DNA from: Octopus sinensis
Taxonomy: Eukaryota
Direction of reading: 5' to 3'
Length of the DNA: 64,000 nucleotides
Assembly (NCBI RefSeq): GCF_006345805.1
Contig: NC_043015.1
Span: 1,550,001 to 1,614,000, forward strand
Shown here piece after piece: positions 56,018-64,000 of this stretch. The first letter of the stretch is position 1, and each line of letters begins with the position of its first letter. The notes under the pieces were generated by a model. That model searched no databases and was not told where the DNA came from. It saw only the letters and a list, made by a program, of their open reading frames with translations. The translations under genes were made by a program, and so were the position numbers.

Positions 56018-56690
56018 TACCGGAAATCCACGCGCTCACCTTTATTACTGCTTATTTTCTCGATGTCGTCTCCGTAAGTCTTTAACATATGTTCTGCTAT
56101 GTTTCGAAAACTTACAAATCCATGACTCGGATTCTTTCTTTTTCTAACGTTGGATGTGAGATGACTCTTTGTATGGACTCAAAGTTGAGATTTGGTGTTA
56201 AAATGGAACAAAATTAAAACGTGAATACTTTTGTTTCGTTGGAGGCAGATAATGGTTCAACGCGACTAGTTTCAGGATTTACACTCCATGGACGAAAAAT
56301 TACAGAGCTTTTGTTAAACGAAGTATTATTTGCTGATAGGTCCCTATAGCTACATTGATTTCTTTTCGGTTCACTCAGTTATGAACACATAGGTGCATCC
56401 ATATTGTGACATTTTCATATTAATGGAAAATTGCAAACTTATTATATGCCGTAACTTACATTTATATATGTCCGTATTTATCTGTATGAATATTACTCAC
56501 CAAGTGTGTTGAAGAAATTGATCGATAACGTTAGTAAACGGGTATCACCGATATCATCTGATGATGCTTTTATTCAATTAGCCTAGATTACAATAAGGAA
56601 CAATGAAGTATGGTTCTAATCTTAACTCTGGTAAGCTTTGATCTGAAAATATGCTGAGAATGCACAGCGTTATATATATGTATATATATT

Positions 56691-56740
<50 letters not shown>

Positions 56741-57814
56741 AATCATTCTAAGATACAAATCAGTTAGCATTTAATGTAACACAAAGAATTAAGCATTTCC
56801 TTGTATTTGTATGACTAGTAAGACACAAGTCATCTTTCCCTGGCATCCTTGCCTCCTCTATGATACACGTCCCTTTCTTTCTAAGGAAATCTTATGAAAA
56901 TGGTTTGAAGAGACGAAGGGTTAATATTTCTGGGAATTTCGTTAATTTAATTGCCTACTATGATTGTATGATTGTATAAGTGTATTCGTAGAGTAAAATA
57001 GTATGCAGGATGTCTGTGAATGTGGATTATTCAACTACTAAGAACCAAGCTGTCCAAGACAAATCGCGCAACTTCAAAATTCAGGGAAATTAATCACAAG
57101 TTTATAAGTGATTGGTGAAGTTAATAACATACAATCACAAACGAGAAACAGCAACCAGAGGCGAACTTGAAATATATTCTGGGGAAACTAAATTGATATT
57201 CAAAAATGTCGTTGTGGAGACGAGCTACTGCTTTGTGGAAATATGTGATTTTACATGAGAAATATATGCGGTTTTCAAAGTGACCTGTCACTTGTAGATA
57301 ACACACAGCCATGCAGGATGGGCAGATCCAAATCAAAAATCTGTTGTTACGTTTCAGCAAAAAGAAAATTATGATTTTGCTTTTAAGTGAGTAAGCGTTT
57401 GAACAAAAGAGCTGAATTGTAAGCGCCTTGTAGACATAGATTTAAATATCTCTTACATAAATATAAGATCAAATGTTCAACTTCTGAAAAGTAAAATGTT
57501 AGTTTCGAAGCTTTTTCAAACATTATTTTCTTTCAAATTATCTTTTAAATGATTATGTAATTTCAGGGTTACACTTCTTTGGGTCCCCGCCGCCATTCTG
57601 TATGAGTTATGAATACTTACAGTATTCGTACGACAGTAAATATTAATGGAATTATATAAGTGATATTGAAAGAGTTGAAACACGTAAGTCATACTACTGG
57701 TAGATATGAGTGCTTCAGTTTTAAGCTATCAATGAGTTCTGTATTAGTTTTACATATTGAGTTGTGGAATTCGATGATATTCGGTGTGACAACAGATACT
57801 TATAAGCATAGACG

Positions 57815-57905
57815 CAGGAGTGGATGTGTGGCACCTTGGTCAAGCGTCTCCAACTATAGCCTCGGGTGTACCTAAGCCTTGTGAGTAGATTTGATAGGCA
57901 GAAAC
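57815..57905 (+). mobile_element. SINE family C core fragment
   Basis: GTGGCACCTTGGTCAAG...CTATAGCCTCGGG...AAGCCTTGTGAGTAGATTTG. Confidence 0.7.
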
Positions 57906-59057
57906 TTATCTTCAATTTAGAGGATTTATCAAAAAATACTCCAGCGGTATTCATGTCTAATTTTAGGAATATCCATGTTTAATCTGCCCTGTATGTCCTT
58001 CAGGTTACGGTGAGGTTTGAAACACATTTCATATCTACAATTGAAATACGTGCGATCCCGTACAGGTAAAATGTTCATCTATTGTACGTGCTGTTGTTTT
58101 GATGCACTTCTTTGTCACAGGTTTCTCTTCTGAGACGCATAAACAACAATTACATTTTCATTCTTTTACTGGAATCAGTAACTGGATAAGGCTGCGCTGG
58201 AACTTATCCTTCAAGAGATATTCTCTATTATACCGTCTCTAGAAATTCTGTCCTATTCCTGATACCTATTTTATCGATCTCTAAATTGCCGATAAATTGG
58301 ATGCTAGGACATATATACATATCTATTAATGCATGTATATATATGTATATAGATAAATAGAGGGAGAGAGCGAAAGAGAAAGAGAGAAATATACATGAAT
58401 TTGGTGGAGCAACATACATAGAATTCTACAAAAGTTTTATTCTTTTTTTTAATTATTTTCATAAATTTTACAGAGCGTTAAGTAAATATAATAAAATAAT
58501 AAAATATACGTGCACGCATACAGAACGATTGAACATGAAACTTCCTAACCTTGAAGCAAACTCTTAACTACACAGCTATGCTTCTTCGCGGTGACTTGAA
58601 TAAATATCACCATAAATCCATTCAAAGACGTCTAACTTAGAGCTAAACGTCATCATGAATAACAACAACAGCACTTTCTGTATTATTATATTAACGGGTG
58701 CTTATTCTTACTCCCTACTTTCACCAACTCCCAAGACCCTCCACGCTTTCTACTGTTTTAGATTTTTAATGTTTATTTGGTATTCTGGCTGTACAGGAGT
58801 TTTAAACTTGTCCTTTGATTCTCTTTGTTGTTGTTCTTTTTCATTCAGGAATTTTTTTTTGCTTTTATTACATTTTCATGCTTTTAGCAAAACAATCATA
58901 CACAGAGCTAATATCAGCAATACCGGATCGAAACGAAAATGGTGTGTTTATATATGCACTCAGATATACCACATAAACATAAGCCAATACATTTAGCATA
59001 AAGATGCACGTCACCTTCACACATAGATGTATGTACTTCCATGTATGCGTAAATATG

Positions 59058-59059
<2 letters not shown>

Positions 59060-59089
<30 letters not shown>

Positions 59090-59221
59090 ATATAATATAT
59101 ATATATTATATATATATATATATATATGTATGAATATTTATATATATATATATGTATATATATAATATATATACATACGTAGATATATCTATCTACCAAT
59201 CTATCTATCTATCTATATATG

Positions 59222-59255
<34 letters not shown>

Positions 59256-59534
59256 GTGTGTTGTGTGTGTGTGTGTGTTTATATGTATATGTATACTGGC
59301 GTGACTTTATACGTTTCTATACAGAATTATTCACTTGCAAAACCCCTGAGTGAGAGGTAGATGAACAGATACCAAATGAACAGAGAGATAGACACACACA
59401 CACACACACACATTCATACATACATACATACATACATACACATATTCAGACAGATTGAGAAACATACTGACAGATGAAGAGACAGGCAAGAAGATAGAGA
59501 CAGAGAAATAAACAGACATATAAACAGATGGATG

Positions 59535-59565
<31 letters not shown>

Positions 59566-59567
59566 GA

Positions 59568-59615
<48 letters not shown>

Positions 59616-59658
59616 GTATATAGATAGATAGATAATAGATAGATGATAGATAGATAGA

Positions 59659-59689
<31 letters not shown>

Positions 59690-60244
59690 AGATAGAGTAA
59701 ACGATACTGACATCGACACATGAAGACAGACTGTAGGCAGGCATATAAAATCATAGATTATTTTTTTGTGGTTATTATAACGACCCACACGCAAATACGG
59801 GTGAGAATCATTCACTTTCATGTGCTTTACTCTGCCAATGTCCAAGTTTTCTGTGAGTAGAAGAAAATGGTAATGGGGAACTGCAAATGTATAACGTAGA
59901 ATCTTAGGGAATCACACGGAGAAGAAAAACGAGAGCATGAAGGAAGGGAAATTGATTGAGAGAGAGAGATAGAGAGAGATACATAGAGCGAAAGAAATGC
60001 TAATAAAAAATATAAAAAAACAACAAGGCAATGATAATAAAATATAAAATAAACATAGAAAAAATCCCTGGATTTCAGTCTTAGAGCAGGATGCGGAACA
60101 GCTCATGTCTTTGCATCTATTTAATCAATTATTATATTATTGATGATAGAAACACACTAATACACACACACACACACAAGCAATAACAACACATACCAGA
60201 AACACACATATATGTATATATATATAATATTACATATAATATAT

Positions 60245-60286
<42 letters not shown>

Positions 60287-60307
60287 TAATATATATATAT
60301 TATATGC

Positions 60308-60375
<68 letters not shown>

Positions 60376-61212
60376 ATATATATACATAAATTATGTGCCA
60401 GTCGATACGCTGTTTAATTGATGATGGGTATATGGAATTCATTATCTCATTATCCCCGTATTCATCAGCATCACCATCAGTTTCCTCTGCAGTCACACCA
60501 CATCAGCATCATCAGTATCATCGTCATCATCATCAGCGACATTAGAGACGAGTTTTTTTTGTTTTTTACTTATTATTTTTTGAAACTATCAGAAAACAAT
60601 ATTTTTTCGCATCAACTTCCGGTATCTCTTTTCCACTATCATTTATTATTTTTTTTTATATTTACCGCCTTTCTAACGGACATGATTTTATTTTCTCACC
60701 GTTGGATTTTTTTTTATTTGGTCAGTGTTTTTTTTTTTATTATTTATATAGTTTTAGTTCTTCCCCTCCACCCACCCATCATCTCCACTATGCGTTTCAT
60801 TTATTGTTTTATCATTTCGTGCAAAAATAAAGATCTAAGAATTTATCTCCCTTTACTGAACGTTAATGGAGCGGAAGAGAATAACTGCAGATGAGACGTT
60901 AATTCATTCCGAATGTAGAGGTGGTGCAGATAAAAAAAAAAAATAAACATAAACACAAATAAATAAATAAATATAAGACTATAAAACAAAAGGAAATAAA
61001 TATGGTTTCTTTAAGCAATGACAATAAACAACAAAGAAACTCTTTGCAGCCAAGATGTATAATAATATTTGTCTCTCATACGCACGCACAGCCATAAACA
61101 CTCACAACATACGTACACACACATATACACACACACATATGTACACGAGCTCCAAGATACATGCACAAACACATACACATATACGCATATACTGATAAAC
61201 GGACACACACAC

Positions 61213-61292
<80 letters not shown>

Positions 61293-61370
61293 ATACACAT
61301 AGGTATCTACTGTAATATATATATATATATACTCATTTTTATATATATATATATATACATATATATATAA
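59060..61370. repeat. (TA)n, (GATA)n 59520-59700, (CA)n tracts
   Basis: Direct reading; unique spacers are interleaved. Confidence 0.85.
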
Positions 61371-61448
61371 CTCATATGCACGCACATATGTGTGCGTATG
61401 TGTATTTGTGCATATGTGTGTAGCTATTTGTAATTATTTAAAAACATA

Positions 61449-61706
61449 AATAAATGTGCCCTTTTTTGAAAGCCTAGCTAGGCTCATAGGACCGGTTTCC
61501 CAATTTCTATGGCGTATGTGTTCCCCAGCTGGACGGGACGCCAGTCCATCGCAGCGTTACTCATTTTATGCCAGCTGAGTGGACTGGAGCAGCATAAAAT
61601 GAAGTGTTTTGCTCAAGAACACAACGCATCGCCCGGTACAGGAATCGAAACCACATTCTAACGATCATGACGCTGACACCCTAACCACTAAGCCACGCGC
61701 CCCCAC
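61449..61706 (-). mobile_element. CORE-like tRNA SINE (same type as 9137-9391) with 12-bp TSD
   Basis: TSD ATTTGTAATTAT at 61426-61437 and 61707-61718. Confidence 0.9.
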
Positions 61707-62197
61707 ATTTGTAATTATACACAAACATATATGTATGGATCTGTATATAAGTATAATTTTGTATCGTTTATGCTTAATTATACTTAGAATCTGTATTTAT
61801 TTTTCACATAGATATTTGTCAGAAAGCCAGTTAACTGTGAAGCATTGTAACAAAAATATAACTTTCAGTTAAATGAAAATATGTTCGTTGAAACACAGGA
61901 GTGTGTATCTTCCAATCACACATGAACTTACAAACACAACACAGAAACAAACATATACAGTGGCTTGTACATATTGAGCCCTTTAACAGGGGTGTTGTAT
62001 CTGCTGGTGTGCCCGTATAAAAGCAACATAAGACATATCATGCAAAAAATCTGCATATTCATCGGAGATGCGTTCCTATGCTTTCACAGAGGGTCACTGA
62101 CCTTATATGATCTAACGGTTGTTTGTGTTACTGAAGTTTCCTGTAAAGATCTATGGATATATAAAGAGAGGGAGACGGGAACGGAGAGGAAGTGAAT

Positions 62198-62275
<78 letters not shown>

Positions 62276-62635
62276 CTGGGGAGAGAAAAACAGATGGACA
62301 AACAACGATAGATACACAGGGATAGAGAGAGGCAGGATGACTGAGAGTTTAAAAATATCATACAAAAAAAACAGTATTTTTAATTTTTGTTATTTAATCA
62401 AGTTTCAGCTCACGAGCTGTGGCCATGCTGGGCATCGCCATGCAATTTCTTTTTTTTTTACTGCAATTAATACTTCTCAGCGGTTTCACATATAAAATGA
62501 GAGGATCATTGTAATATAATTTAATAGTAGCCCCCTTACGATCTTCAGATATGATAACTGTATCAAACAGAATTTACCTTCTTACAAACGCAAAAAAGGC
62601 AAACTTTGTATAAGTTTGTAACATAAATTTGTTTA

Positions 62636-62910
62636 GCAAGAGTGGCTGTGTAGTAAGTAGCTTGCTTGCCAACCACATGGTTCCGGGTTCAGACCCACTA
62701 CGTGGCACCTTGGGCAAGTGTCTTCTACTATAGCCTCGGGCCAATCAAAGCCTTATGAGTGGATTTGGTAGACGGAAACTGAAAGAAGCCCGTCGTATAT
62801 ATGTATATATATGCATATATGTATGTGTGTATATATGTTTATACTAAATGTGATGTTCCAGCATGGCCGCAATCAAATGACTGAAACAAATAAAAGAGTA
62901 AAAGAGTAAA
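62636..62910 (+). mobile_element. SINE family C with internal deletion
   Basis: Consensus-like head and core, joined after (TA/GT)n directly to the terminal GTTCCAGCATGGCCGCA...GACTGAAAC segment. Confidence 0.88.
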
Positions 62911-63359
62911 GAAGAACGTTATATATATCATATATCCAAAATGAAGGCGCAAGAATAGTTTAGAATATATTGAAGTTTAAATGAAAAACAAAAGTCATGT
63001 TGAACTTAGGCTTTCCTTATATTCTGCAATTAAAAAATGCTTCTTTGATATTTCTATGTTTTACTGGTATGTTTTGTGATCACTGATTTTAAAGAAATAT
63101 TAAAAATCCGGCTGCCTAGTGTTTATACAGTTCTCAGCAGTCGAAGTTTGAAGTAGGATACCTCTTATGTGATTAAATGTACACTCTATTTATATGAATA
63201 ATATATAGTCTATTGACATAGTGATCAATGTATGTATTGCTCAATTGTTCCGGCCCTTCATCAAATTCTCAATACCTACACACTTGTGCAGTGTACCACA
63301 TGTAACCTGTCAAATTACTGCTGAGTTCAGTAAGTGCATCATTTACTTGTTGTCTTTTA

Positions 63360-63745
63360 CTTGCTTCATTCATTCATTAGGCTGTGGCCATACTTGGGCA
63401 CCAGCTCGAAGAATTCTAGTTGAACTTATCGACCCGAATAATCATTTTCATGGGCGTATTTTTTATTTTTGTCCGACTCTTTAGACGAACCACTTAGATA
63501 CAGAGACGTAAATAAACCAATACCGACTGTCAAACAGTGGTGCAAGAAAAACACATCCACAAAAGAAGCACAAACACACACACATTCAACGGGTTTCTTT
63601 CAGCTTCGTTCTACCAAATCAACAATGTTTTGGTGGGCACAAGGTTAGAGTAGAAGACACTTTCTCAAGGAGCCACACAGTGGGACTGAACAGGGAGCCA
63701 TATAGTTAGAAAGCAAACTTCTTACCACAGACGCAGTGCCTATAA
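63360..63745 (-). mobile_element. SINE family C, old diverged copy
   Basis: GTAGAAGACACTTT...CAGTGGGACTGAAC...CTTACCACA head; tail remnant GCTGTGGCCATACTTGGGCACC. Confidence 0.75.
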
Positions 63746-63774
63746 GAATATATATATAAACATATATATATCGC

Positions 63775-63950
63775 TAGCCAATACACATTCTTTTATCTCT
63801 ACTTGTTTCTTTCCGTGTTCCTTTCAGTGGAAGAGCGTAGGTTCGAAACGTTAAAGACTTTTTTACTTCCCGAGCGTTATACTAACACATCCGTTTGTTA
63901 TCTACACCCCCTGTCTTCGTCTTTTGTTTTTTTTTGTGAATTCTCCCCCT
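63775..63950 (+). mobile_element. Penelope-like short repeat remnant with degenerate hammerhead-like core
   Basis: CAGTGGA-A-GAGC(GTAG)GTTC-GAAA-CG at 63825-63850. Confidence 0.35.
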
Positions 63951-64000
63951 ATATACATACACATATATACATGCATACATACATATTTAAATATATACAT

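Overview
AT-rich eukaryotic non-coding DNA, saturated with microsatellites and interspersed repeats. The SINE repertoire and the (TA)n/(ATT)n/(GAT)n/(GATA)n load point to an octopod cephalopod, probably Octopus (inferred from recognised repeat families, not proven). I found no supportable host protein-coding exon, rRNA, genuine tRNA or CRISPR array; nearly all listed ORFs are translations of simple repeats. What I could identify: three tRNA-headed SINE groups (about 30 copies or fragments), decayed LINE pieces (Tx1/L1-clade x2, R4/Dong-type RLE x2, CR1-like x1), Tc1/mariner transposase remnants, mariner- and hAT-type MITEs, a 1.08-kb solo LTR with TSD, and several Penelope-like remnants. The top observation is a fully formed type I hammerhead ribozyme (38321-38366, minus strand) inside a 476-bp unit with 130-bp near-identical terminal redundancy, a retrozyme/pLTR-like non-autonomous element. 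Also notable: SINE concatemers joined at an identical base, a SINE tail matching the Tx1 LINE 3' end, and a tRNA-head/(AAT)n/hammerhead-like chimeric element. Coordinates were read by eye and repeat boundaries are approximate.
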